A DNA stretch of 49,184 nucleotides from an uncultured Candidatus Saccharibacteria bacterium (GTDB lineage Bacteria > Patescibacteriota > Minisyncoccia > Portnoybacterales > UBA2143): positions 1,784 to 50,967 of the forward strand of contig CAYOHI010000004.1 in NCBI GenBank assembly GCA_964403725.1, read 5' to 3'. Shown piece after piece: positions 17,101 to 26,234 of this stretch (its first letter is position 1; each line of letters begins with the position of its first letter). Below the pieces are notes generated by a model. The model worked only from the letters and a program-made list of their open reading frames with translations. It did not search any database and was not told the origin of the DNA. A program made the position numbers and the translations under genes.

Positions 17101-18090
17101 TTAAATTTTTTCCTTTTTAACTTCGACCTTTTCCCAGGAACCCCACTCCCCTTTTTTTAATAATCCATTAGCCGCTCCCATCTTTTGCAAGACAGAAGTA
17201 GCATTGGCTGTAGCTAATTGAATAGCATGGATAATATCCTCATTTTCCATATATCCAGCTAAAAATGCAGAAGAAAAAGCATCGCCAGCCCCAGTCCTAT
17301 CAACCAGATCAGATTCTGGAATACCAGCTGAATATCTATGCTTCCCGTCAGAGACAACTACCCCTTCTGGCCCCTTGGTCATAACAATAATGCCATTTAC
17401 CCATTCTTCGAGCTTTTTAATCATCTCTTCTTCATGATTAAAATCCATCTGAGTTAATCTGGCTGCTTCTTCCTGATTAACAATCAGAATATTGACCTTA
17501 TCAAGCAGCCCTCTAGTTCTTTCTAATCCTTCACCCAATTGACTTTGTCCGACTGGACTAGCTGCAACCTTAATGCCATTCTTAACAGCAAAATCAAATA
17601 ATTTATCTAGAGACTTATACGCTTCTCCAGATAGAGAACCGGCATAAATCCATTTGGCATCAATCTTATCAAAAGGAATATCTTCATCAGTCATTTCATG
17701 GCAAGCTCCTAATCTCTTTAAAATACTCCTACCAGTATCAGGAACAGAAAGAATCACTGAAAAAGCTGTTGAATGCTTATCTGATTCAATTAATAGATCA
17801 GAAGAAACACCTTGTTTATTCAATTCATCTTTAACGGTTACTCCAAAAACATCCTTGCCGATCATGCCTAAATAGGCAACCTTCAATTCCTGGCGGGCGA
17901 AAGTAACAGCCGCGTTAGTCCCGCACCCTCCCATAGCAAGGCGCGTATCCTTCATTTTCATCTTAGACCCCAAGGGAACACATAGGCCTTTTTTAGTAAT
18001 GAAACACTCATTTTCAAGCACCTGAAAATCAGGACTGCTCATAAAGATATCTTGGGTGGCTGATCCTAATGTAATAACATCGTATTTCAT
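17101..18090 (-). CDS. PfkB-family carbohydrate kinase
   Basis: GGCGTNAA, NQEEA, TKGPEG and DRTGAGDAF motifs. Confidence 0.95.
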   Translation of the reverse strand: MKYDVITLGSATQDIFMSSPDFQVLENECFITKKGLCVPLGSKMKMKDTRLAMGGCGTNAAVTFARQELKVAYLGMIGKDVFGVTVKDELNKQGVSSDLLIESDKHSTAFSVILSVPDTGRSILKRLGACHEMTDEDIPFDKIDAKWIYAGSLSGEAYKSLDKLFDFAVKNGIKVAASPVGQSQLGEGLERTRGLLDKVNILIVNQEEAARLTQMDFNHEEEMIKKLEEWVNGIIVMTKGPEGVVVSDGKHRYSAGIPESDLVDRTGAGDAFSSAFLAGYMENEDIIHAIQLATANATSVLQKMGAANGLLKKGEWGSWEKVEVKKEKI

Positions 18091-18091
18091 A

Positions 18092-18319
18092 TTATTCTAT
18101 AAATTCAAAGTGAGGCATAACTTTACCGTCAACTTTGACTTCATCAATAAATATTTTCTTGGGCCTAACCCACAAGGCATTTGAACCGAATTTCTCTGAA
18201 TCGTATAAGGCCCTGTAAACAACTAACTCTTCTAAAGTTTCGCTATGATGAGCCAATCCTATAACTTCATAGAATTTTCCTTTGTAATGCCTGTACTTTC
18301 CTAATTTCACCTCATCCAT
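18092..18319 (-). CDS. DUF1653-family protein
   Basis: YRHYKG..YEV...A.HSET.E.LVVYRALY...WVRP. Confidence 0.9.
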   Translation of the reverse strand: MDEVKLGKYRHYKGKFYEVIGLAHHSETLEELVVYRALYDSEKFGSNALWVRPKKIFIDEVKVDGKVMPHFEFIE

Positions 18320-18320
18320 A

Positions 18321-19292
18321 CTATTTCCTCTTAATTACCTTCTTAACAGCACCTTTAATATCTTCTGAAGTTAAGCCAAATTTCTTCATTAATTCATCTT
18401 GCTGGCCTGATTCGCCAAATCTATCTTGAACTGCTACCATCTCCATAGGAACCGGGCTATTCTTTCCTAAAACTTCAGCTACAGCACTTCCTAAACCGCC
18501 CATCATTTGATGATCTTCACCGGTAACAATAGCACCAGTTTGTTCAGCAGCTTCAATAATTTTTTCTTCATCAATTGGCTTGATACTAGGATTATCAATG
18601 ACCCGAACATCAATCCCTTCTTTAGATAATTCTTCAGCTGCCACTAAGGCCTCATAGACTATTGGACCACAGGCAATGACCGTGACATCTTTGCCTTTCC
18701 TAAAAACTTGGGCTTCACCGATTTTAAATGGCGTCTTGTCAGTAGTAAATACAGGAGTAGCCTCTCTGGCGAAACGCAAATATACTGGCCCTTCCATTTC
18801 TCCGGCAGCAATGGTTGCTTTTTGTGTCTCAACGCTATCACAAGGCGCTAAGACCGTCATATTAGGCAGACAACGCATAATAGCCATATCTTCCAAGCCT
18901 TGATGAGTAGCTCCATCTGGACCAACTGAGATACCAGCATGAGCTCCAGTAAATTTAACATTAGCTTTGTTATAGGCTACAGAAATTCTAATCTGATCCC
19001 AATTGCGTCCTGGACAAAAAACTGAATAAGTCGAGGCAAAAGGAACCTTGCCGACCAAAGACAAACCAGCAGCAATGCCCATCATGTTTTGTTCAGCAAT
19101 TCCAGTTTGGATAAATCTATCTGGAAATTCATCTCTGAACCAATTACATCTTGTTGATCCTGTCAGATCAGCACCCAAGACAACAACATTTTCATTTTTC
19201 TTGCCTAATTCAACCAATCCATGGCCATAGCCATCTCTGGTTGGTAATTGCTCTAATTTATCTCTTTGGTATAAATTTTTTGCTAAATCCAT
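18321..19292 (-). CDS. Transketolase, C-terminal subunit
   Basis: GIAEQNM, GPDGATHQ and GGLGSAVAE motifs. Confidence 0.95.
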   Translation of the reverse strand: MDLAKNLYQRDKLEQLPTRDGYGHGLVELGKKNENVVVLGADLTGSTRCNWFRDEFPDRFIQTGIAEQNMMGIAAGLSLVGKVPFASTYSVFCPGRNWDQIRISVAYNKANVKFTGAHAGISVGPDGATHQGLEDMAIMRCLPNMTVLAPCDSVETQKATIAAGEMEGPVYLRFAREATPVFTTDKTPFKIGEAQVFRKGKDVTVIACGPIVYEALVAAEELSKEGIDVRVIDNPSIKPIDEEKIIEAAEQTGAIVTGEDHQMMGGLGSAVAEVLGKNSPVPMEMVAVQDRFGESGQQDELMKKFGLTSEDIKGAVKKVIKRK

Positions 19293-19314
19293 AATTTTAT
19301 ATATTTTTAATTAT

Positions 19315-20163
19315 TTACTCGTGCTCACTTTTAATCTTCCCACCTAAAGTTCTCAAGCAATCCATAGCTTTCTTGGCTTCTTCATCACATGGCGTTTTAC
19401 CATGCCATGAATACTTCCATTCCATGAAATCAACTCCTTTACCAGGAATAGTATGAGCGATAATTAGGCTTGGCTTTTCAAATATAGTCTTTGACTTATT
19501 GCAAGCATCAATGATTTCATCGATATTATGGCCATCTACATCCATGACGTGCCAGCCAAAAGCCTCATATTTATCCTTAATCGGCTCAAGTGGCATAACA
19601 TCTTCAGTATACCCGTCAATCTGAATATTATTCCTATCCATGATTTGAGTAATATTGAATAATCTGTTTTTCCCAGCAAACATAGCTGCTTCCCACATCT
19701 GGCCCTCATCATGCTCTCCATCAGAAGTCAAAGCCCAAACCCAATTATTTGCTTTATCTAACTGCTGGAAGGAATAGGCCATGCCACAGGCAATGGATAA
19801 TCCTTGGCCCAATGAACCACCTGAAGTTTCAATACCAGGTACAGATTGGCGGTGCGGATGACCCTGAAGCATTGATCCTAACTTTCTCAAAGTTTTTAAT
19901 TCTTTCTTATCAAAAAATCCAGCATGAGCCATAGTAGCATACCAAACTGGACAAATATGGGCATTGGAAAGCACTAGCATATCCCTTTCTGGCCATTCTG
20001 GCTTTTTAGCATCATATTTCATAACATCGCCGAAATACAAAGCGGTAAAAACATCAACCATACCCAGAGACCCAGCTGAATGGCCTGATTTGGCTTCAGT
20101 CAACATCTCAATAATATCTTCCCTAATGGAATTAGCTTTTTTATCTAAACTTTTCAGATCCAT
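19315..20163 (-). CDS. Transketolase, N-terminal subunit
   Basis: SGH, LQGHP, GSLGQG, SDGEHDEG and TIPGKG motifs. Confidence 0.95.
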   Translation of the reverse strand: MDLKSLDKKANSIREDIIEMLTEAKSGHSAGSLGMVDVFTALYFGDVMKYDAKKPEWPERDMLVLSNAHICPVWYATMAHAGFFDKKELKTLRKLGSMLQGHPHRQSVPGIETSGGSLGQGLSIACGMAYSFQQLDKANNWVWALTSDGEHDEGQMWEAAMFAGKNRLFNITQIMDRNNIQIDGYTEDVMPLEPIKDKYEAFGWHVMDVDGHNIDEIIDACNKSKTIFEKPSLIIAHTIPGKGVDFMEWKYSWHGKTPCDEEAKKAMDCLRTLGGKIKSEHE

Positions 20164-20167
20164 AAGA

Positions 20168-20797
20168 TTAATCTCCTTTTAATTTTTTAATTGTTTTTTT
20201 AATATCCTTACTTTTAAAAACAGCTGAACCGCTAACTAACATATTAGCTCCAACCTTAATGACATCTGGCGCAGTTTTTAAATTAACTCCACCATCTACC
20301 TGTATATTAACATCTTCATACTTTTCCCGTAAACCCTGTATTTTCCCCAGGGTCTCTTTCAAAATCTTTTGACCACCAAAACCAGGATTTACTGTCATAA
20401 TCAGAACTAAATCCAAATCTCCAATAAATTGATCAATCACATCTATAGGGGTTTCTGGATTAATAGCTAAACCTGCCTCTAGTCCAGCATCTTTAATTTT
20501 TTTAATAATATTCTCCCATTTCTTAGTTGCTTCAAAATGGAAAATTATCCTCTGTACTCCTGACTTAATCCATTTATCAATATGTTTCTCCGGCTCTCTA
20601 ATCATTAAATGAGCTTCCAAATTCAAATCAGTCTTAAAATCCTCTAAATCACTTGGATTATTCCAAGTCATATTATCAACAAAGACACCATCCATTACAT
20701 CCAACTGAAGCCAATCAGTGTGTTTCTCAACTAATTTGGCTTTTTCTTTTAACTCATCGAAATCTTTAGCAATAATTGTTGGGATAATTTCGATCAT
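20168..20797 (-). CDS. rpe: Ribulose-phosphate 3-epimerase
   Basis: DVMDGVFV, HLM, MTVNPGFGGQ and VDGG motifs. Confidence 0.96.
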   Translation of the reverse strand: MIEIIPTIIAKDFDELKEKAKLVEKHTDWLQLDVMDGVFVDNMTWNNPSDLEDFKTDLNLEAHLMIREPEKHIDKWIKSGVQRIIFHFEATKKWENIIKKIKDAGLEAGLAINPETPIDVIDQFIGDLDLVLIMTVNPGFGGQKILKETLGKIQGLREKYEDVNIQVDGGVNLKTAPDVIKVGANMLVSGSAVFKSKDIKKTIKKLKGD

Positions 20798-21210
20798 TTA
20801 TTTAAATAGCTTTCAAAAACAGGATTAAGATTACCTATTAGATTATGTTTTTTGTAATCACTGGGATCAATCCATTTAAATACATCATGATCTTCACTTA
20901 AAACAACTTTATCTGAATCAACAGAACACTCAAAAAATATTCTGACAATTTGCCATTGCTCATTTCGCACATTAGGCCATGATTCATTAACAAAAAAGGG
21001 ATTTCCGATTTTAACTTCCAGGCCAGTTTCTTCCTTCACCTCTCTAATTAAACTCTCATCAAATTTCTGACCCGACTCAACCCGACCGCCAGGCACATCA
21101 AATTGACCAACATTGACTCCATCTTCATAATTTGAAGATTCCCTTATAATCAACAACTTGTCATTGTGGATAATAAGGGCCTTGGTGGCAGCAAAAAGTT
21201 TAACTTCCAT
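20794..21210 (-). CDS. NUDIX hydrolase
   Basis: PGGRVESGQ...REVKEETGL Nudix box. Confidence 0.92.
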   Translation of the reverse strand: MEVKLFAATKALIIHNDKLLIIRESSNYEDGVNVGQFDVPGGRVESGQKFDESLIREVKEETGLEVKIGNPFFVNESWPNVRNEQWQIVRIFFECSVDSDKVVLSEDHDVFKWIDPSDYKKHNLIGNLNPVFESYLNK

Positions 21211-21649
21211 GATTATTTTCTATTTCTTTCATTTTATCCAATCTGCGCACGTGTCTTTCTTCTTCGGTGAATTTAGTTTCTACATATATCCTGACAACTT
21301 TTTTAGCCGTTTCTAGGTCTATAATCTTACCAGGAAGACAAATGACATTAGCATCATTATCCTCTTTGGCATGCAAGGCAGTAAATTCATCCCAGACGAC
21401 GCTTCCTCTAATTCCCTTCACCTTATTAGCCGTAAAGCACATTCCTGCTCCTGTAGCACAGATCAAAATACCCAGACCTTCAGTCTCAACGACTTTTTTT
21501 GATACTAAAGCGGCATAATCAGGATAGTCATCTTTGGGCTCTAAATCATGAGCTCCCATATCTTCAAATTCATGCCCTAATTCCCTAAGATAAGCTTTCA
21601 GCTCCTCTTTTAAATGGAAACCTGCGTGATCAGCTCCTAAATATATCAT
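21200..21649 (-). CDS. rpiB: Ribose-5-phosphate isomerase B
   Basis: GADHAG, DDYPD, CATGAG, ANKVKGIR and RHVRR motifs. Confidence 0.95.
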   Translation of the reverse strand: MIYLGADHAGFHLKEELKAYLRELGHEFEDMGAHDLEPKDDYPDYAALVSKKVVETEGLGILICATGAGMCFTANKVKGIRGSVVWDEFTALHAKEDNDANVICLPGKIIDLETAKKVVRIYVETKFTEEERHVRRLDKMKEIENNHGS

Positions 21650-22617
21650 AGTTTTTTACCGACAAAACTTGCCATTTCAGCTAGTTTTGAGGCATAGCCA
21701 AATTCATTGTCATACCAAGATACAATCTTAATCAAATCATCGCTGTATTCTGTCAACAATGAATCAAAAATTGATGAATATGTTGATCCAACGATATCAG
21801 ATGATACAATCGGATCAGTCTCATATTTCAAAATACCCTTGTATTCCTTTTCGCTAGCTTCTTTCATTATCTTATTAACCTCATCAGGAGAAGGCTTTTT
21901 CTTCAAGTCATAAATAGCGTAAATGACAGACCCTGTCCTGATAGGAACCCTCATAGCCATAGCGTGTAATTTGCCTTTTAATTCAGGGATAACTTCAGTA
22001 GTCGCCTTATCTGATCCACTAGTTGTTGGGATAATGTTATCCAAAACTGCCCTAGCCCTTCTCAGATCTTTATGGGGCGAATCTAAAACCTTCTGATTAT
22101 TAGTGGCCGCATGAGAAGTGACCATGAATCCACGCTCAACTTCAAAGCTTTCATGTAAAATTTTGGTGACAGGTACATAGCAGTTGGTCGTACAAGAACC
22201 CATAGAAATGACATGATCTTTCTCTGAATCATATTTCTCTTCATTGCCGCCTAGAACGTACGTTGGCGCATCGCCACCCTTACAAGGCGCTGAAATGATA
22301 ACTTTCTTAGCCCCAGCTTCAATGTGCTTACTAGCCCCTTCTAAGTCAGTGAAAAAACCAGTACATTCCAAAACAACATCAACTTCTAATTCTTTCCAGG
22401 GCAGCTTAGAAGGATCTTTTTCAGATAGAACCTTAGTTTTTAATGGCTCATCATAGATTCCATAAACAGAATCATACTTAAGCAGATGGGTTAAGGTTTT
22501 AAGATCAGTCAGATCATTAATAGCCATAATCTCTAAATTTTCATGGCTATCCATAATTCTTTTAAAAGCCGAACGGCCAATCCGACCAAAACCATTAATT
22601 GCAATTTTAGTACTCAT
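21646..22617 (-). CDS. gap: Type I glyceraldehyde-3-phosphate dehydrogenase
   Basis: INGFGRIGR, SCTTNC and WYDNE motifs. Confidence 0.97.
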   Translation of the reverse strand: MSTKIAINGFGRIGRSAFKRIMDSHENLEIMAINDLTDLKTLTHLLKYDSVYGIYDEPLKTKVLSEKDPSKLPWKELEVDVVLECTGFFTDLEGASKHIEAGAKKVIISAPCKGGDAPTYVLGGNEEKYDSEKDHVISMGSCTTNCYVPVTKILHESFEVERGFMVTSHAATNNQKVLDSPHKDLRRARAVLDNIIPTTSGSDKATTEVIPELKGKLHAMAMRVPIRTGSVIYAIYDLKKKPSPDEVNKIMKEASEKEYKGILKYETDPIVSSDIVGSTYSSIFDSLLTEYSDDLIKIVSWYDNEFGYASKLAEMASFVGKKL

Positions 22618-22638
22618 AAAAAATCTCCTTAATATTTA

Positions 22639-23109
22639 CTATTGTGAAATACAATAATTTTTACCATAGCCTGTATCATAGTTACTATGGTAACAACTAT
22701 CTAATGTTGAAGATCCTTCTAGCGTCGCCCACAGAGTAACATGATCACCGCCACTGCAGATTATCATATATCCCCGGTTGCCCTGGGTCGGATCCTCTGC
22801 TTCTCCGCTGATATATCCTAAATTAACTAATTGTTCAGCAACTGAATAAGTACTGGAATAATTGTGATTCAGCCAGCCATTGCCGCCAGAACCAGCATTA
22901 TGGACGCAAAACGTTCCATAATCATCATAGTACAAACTCAAAGCCAACATGACCGCTTTCATATCACTCAATCTTCTAGCATCTCTAGCTTTAGCCCTAG
23001 CCGTATTTAAAGAAACCAAAACAATAGTAGCTAACAGGCCAATAATGGCGATAACTACTAACAATTCAATTAATGTAAAACCCTTATTCTTTGATTTCCA
23101 ATAATTCAT
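22639..23109 (-). CDS. Type IV pilin-like protein D
   Basis: MNYWKSKNKG/FTLIE; start moved to ATG 23109. Confidence 0.88.
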   Translation of the reverse strand: MNYWKSKNKGFTLIELLVVIAIIGLLATIVLVSLNTARAKARDARRLSDMKAVMLALSLYYDDYGTFCVHNAGSGGNGWLNHNYSSTYSVAEQLVNLGYISGEAEDPTQGNRGYMIICSGGDHVTLWATLEGSSTLDSCYHSNYDTGYGKNYCISQ

Positions 23110-23338
23110 TGATCTTTGGTTTATCAAAGCCAATAATAATCTCGCCATTAATATCTGTCACAGGCACGCCCATCTGTCCTGATTTTTCAATCATTTCCTT
23201 GGCAGCTTCCTTATCTTCGCCAACATCAATATATTCATACTTAACACCTTTTTCATCCAAATACTCTTTTAAATTAACACAATATGGACAAGTCTTGGTT
23301 GAATAAACTTTGATACTTTGTTTTTTTTCTTCAGTCAT
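23084..23338 (-). CDS. Glutaredoxin-like protein (NrdH/YruB type)
   Basis: CPYC, GQMGVPV and IIGFD motifs. Confidence 0.93.
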   Translation of the reverse strand: MTEEKKQSIKVYSTKTCPYCVNLKEYLDEKGVKYEYIDVGEDKEAAKEMIEKSGQMGVPVTDINGEIIIGFDKPKINELLEIKE

Positions 23339-23342
23339 ATTT

Positions 23343-24257
23343 TTATTTTAACCCCTTAAGATAATCGTAAGCATTTAAAGCTGCTTTGGCACCCTCTCCA
23401 GCGGCAATAATAATCTGCTTATGCGATACATCTGTAACATCACCAGCAGCAAAGATATTCGGCTGTGATGTCATATTTTTTGAATCGACTTTTATTTCCC
23501 CACTTTCATTTAATTCTACCACATTTTTAACTAAATTTGAATTAGCCAAAGAGCCAATGGCTAAAAAAATACCAGCTACTGATAATTCCTTAAACTTCCC
23601 TTGGGTTCCGTTACTATAGACCAAGCCGGAAACGAATTTATCACCTTTAATTTCAGTGACTTTAGCGCTGGTAATGACCTCTATCTTATCGATTTCTTTA
23701 ATCTTTTCCTGAAGCAGCTCATCAGCCTGAAGCTTTGGCGTGGTCTCCATGAGATATATCTTTGAAGCGTATTCAGCCAACTCTAAAGCGGTACTCACCC
23801 CAGCATTGGCCCCGCCGATAACAGCCACGGCTCTGTCTTGGAATAAAGGGGCGTCACATGTCGCGCAATGAGTGATTCCTTTGCCGAATAGCTCTTCTTC
23901 TCCAGGTACGCCTAACTTGCGGGCAACCCGGCCAGTAGTGATTATGACTGTTTTAGCCTTAAAGGATTCTTTTTCTGTCTTGACTTCCGCTTCCACATCG
24001 CTTATTGCTTTAATCTCCTTAATGCTTTCGCCCTCTTTAATCTCAATCTCATTTTTTTTCAAATGATCTGTAAACTTATTAGACAGATCCATGCCTGTAA
24101 CGCTGGTTAGTCCAGGATAGTTCTGGATTAAAGGAGCATAGCTCATCTGCCCGCCCCAATCCTTGGTGATTAAAAGCACTTTAATTCTTTTCCTAGCTGC
24201 ATAAATGCCAGCACTAACAGAAGCCGGTCCTCCGCCGACAATTATTAAATCATACAT
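23343..24257 (-). CDS. trxB: Thioredoxin-disulfide reductase-like protein
   Basis: GGGPA, CATCD and FAAGDVT motifs. Confidence 0.9.
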   Translation of the reverse strand: MYDLIIVGGGPASVSAGIYAARKRIKVLLITKDWGGQMSYAPLIQNYPGLTSVTGMDLSNKFTDHLKKNEIEIKEGESIKEIKAISDVEAEVKTEKESFKAKTVIITTGRVARKLGVPGEEELFGKGITHCATCDAPLFQDRAVAVIGGANAGVSTALELAEYASKIYLMETTPKLQADELLQEKIKEIDKIEVITSAKVTEIKGDKFVSGLVYSNGTQGKFKELSVAGIFLAIGSLANSNLVKNVVELNESGEIKVDSKNMTSQPNIFAAGDVTDVSHKQIIIAAGEGAKAALNAYDYLKGLK

Positions 24258-24352
24258 ATTTTTATATTTCTTTAATTATTCACTATCTATTCTAACACAA
24301 ACAAAACAAAAAAGAGAAATTAAATTCCCCCTGTTTTAAATTAACTAAATTT

Positions 24353-25117
24353 TCAAACGCTAGTATTTGACAAATCAATGCTCTCTAACGTATATTTCTT
24401 CAGATTAGCTACTTGCCAATCACTCAGCACCTCGCAAGCGAATCCCCAATGCATTGAGATCCAATCGCCAATTTCCGGTTTTTTAATAAAGCCCTTGTCG
24501 TTAATCTTGTAATTAACCTCATAATCAACCAACTGGCCTAAATCTAATCTATCATTCCTCAAGACTATCGGCTGGTACTCGACTTTTAGAGATGAATCAT
24601 TAACTTCTTTAACTTTCCCCCAGCTAATCCGGCAAAGATCCATACTGGATAAGATCTGCATTGAATCAATTTCATCAATATTCTTCCAAACGCTCAAGAC
24701 ATGGAAATTGTGATGTGCTCTGGCTCCCAGTCCTATCTTATCCTTCAGCTTATTCATCCCTTGAATGCTTAATTTCTTCTTCATCTTCAGATTATCAACC
24801 AGATGGTTATGAAGTTCTGACTTATTGATATTCTCCAGTAAGTGGTTGCCGATCCAATATGCTTCAACTACGCTTTCGCTAAAGGGATCCCTGATTCTGT
24901 TGTGTCTGGCAATAATTTTCAAATATGGATAAAGAGTTTGAAATTCCTCTAGAATATTCTTTAAGCCTTGGTCAACATCAGAACTGTGACAATAGTGGAA
25001 AAGATCTGTATTTTTATCGGGGCCGCAAAAAGTCAATCGATTGGGCATAAAACCGTATCGCGCACACCTGATTATCCCATCTGAATCAAATTGTGCTAAC
25101 TGATTTGTCTTTAGCAT
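24353..25117 (-). CDS. DUF6390-like protein with HypC-like C-terminal domain
   Basis: ARYGFMPN.L.FCGP, VVEAYWIGN, AHHNFHV, CRISWG and GDWISMHWG motifs. Confidence 0.75.
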   Translation of the reverse strand: MLKTNQLAQFDSDGIIRCARYGFMPNRLTFCGPDKNTDLFHYCHSSDVDQGLKNILEEFQTLYPYLKIIARHNRIRDPFSESVVEAYWIGNHLLENINKSELHNHLVDNLKMKKKLSIQGMNKLKDKIGLGARAHHNFHVLSVWKNIDEIDSMQILSSMDLCRISWGKVKEVNDSSLKVEYQPIVLRNDRLDLGQLVDYEVNYKINDKGFIKKPEIGDWISMHWGFACEVLSDWQVANLKKYTLESIDLSNTSV

Positions 25118-25985
25118 ATTTCATAGATCGGTAAATAGAGCCAGTAGCTACCAACGCCAACATTATACCAAAAAACTGGCTAGACAACAAAGCTTCATCT
25201 AAGAGTATCCATGATAGAATCATTGTTACTGGGGTAGCTAACAAAAGAATCACAGCGGCTTCAGAAACTTTTACATATTTCAACCCCATATACCATGTTG
25301 AAATATATCCAAAAAGCAATACGCTGGTAATCATAACCCAGCCCAATTGATGAAAGCTTATCGTACTGGCCAAGCTTAATTGATTAGTAAATAACAGGAA
25401 TATAATGATAAAGGCAGAGCCAAAAAACATTCTCGCTCCAGCAATAATCCTAAAAGATAAATCCTTCAGCATGTATTTACTCAAGACACTTTCTCCAGCC
25501 CAAAACAAAGTAGCTGTTAAAATTAACGAATCTCCAAAACCAAAGTTATGCGGAGTTGCCTTTAACAAAAGGATATTGGCTAAAAACAGAATCAGTCCGG
25601 CAATTAGGAAATTCCTGCTCATCTTTTCCTTCAAAAAAACAATCGCCAATAGAGCGATATATATGAACATTGTCTTATGAATAAAGGCAGCCTGAATTCC
25701 AGTTGTTAGGGTTAACCCTTTGAAAAACAACAAAAAAGGAATTGATCCGCCAATCAGTCCAATTCCTAACAAAAGAAACCATTGTTTAATATTTAAATTC
25801 TTTAAAATCTTCCAATCTCTCATCATCAATAGCCAACTGACAAGCAGCAAGGCAACAATGACATTTTTCAATCCGGTAAAGATGTATGGATTAATCACTG
25901 CCACTCCAAACTTGTTAATAAAGACAGACAAGCCCGAAATGAGAGCTGTTGATAAGATTAATAGGTATCCTTTGTTTTTATTCAT
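25086..25985 (-). CDS. DMT/EamA-family transporter
   Basis: About 10 TM segments in two EamA-like repeats. Confidence 0.88.
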   Translation of the reverse strand: MNKNKGYLLILSTALISGLSVFINKFGVAVINPYIFTGLKNVIVALLLVSWLLMMRDWKILKNLNIKQWFLLLGIGLIGGSIPFLLFFKGLTLTTGIQAAFIHKTMFIYIALLAIVFLKEKMSRNFLIAGLILFLANILLLKATPHNFGFGDSLILTATLFWAGESVLSKYMLKDLSFRIIAGARMFFGSAFIIIFLLFTNQLSLASTISFHQLGWVMITSVLLFGYISTWYMGLKYVKVSEAAVILLLATPVTMILSWILLDEALLSSQFFGIMLALVATGSIYRSMKYAKDKSVSTI

Positions 25986-26009
25986 AATATGGTATATACT
26001 TAAATTAAT

Positions 26010-26234
26010 ATGTGCCTAGCAACTCCATCAAAAGTAATAAAGATAGAAGATAACCAAGCAGTGGTTCAATCTGGCGATCACACACACCAGGTCAGTTTAG
26101 ATTTGATTAAAGATATTAAGATTGGAGATTATTTATTAATTCACGGCGAATTAGCAATCCAGAAAGTCCCTGAAGCTGAAGCGAAAAAAATCATCAAGAT
26201 GATTGAAAAGCATTCTAATGAACTGAACAAGTAA
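26010..26234 (+). CDS. hypC: Hydrogenase maturation chaperone HypC/HupF
   Basis: MCLATP N-terminus, GDYLLIHG. Confidence 0.93.
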   Translation: MCLATPSKVIKIEDNQAVVQSGDHTHQVSLDLIKDIKIGDYLLIHGELAIQKVPEAEAKKIIKMIEKHSNELNK

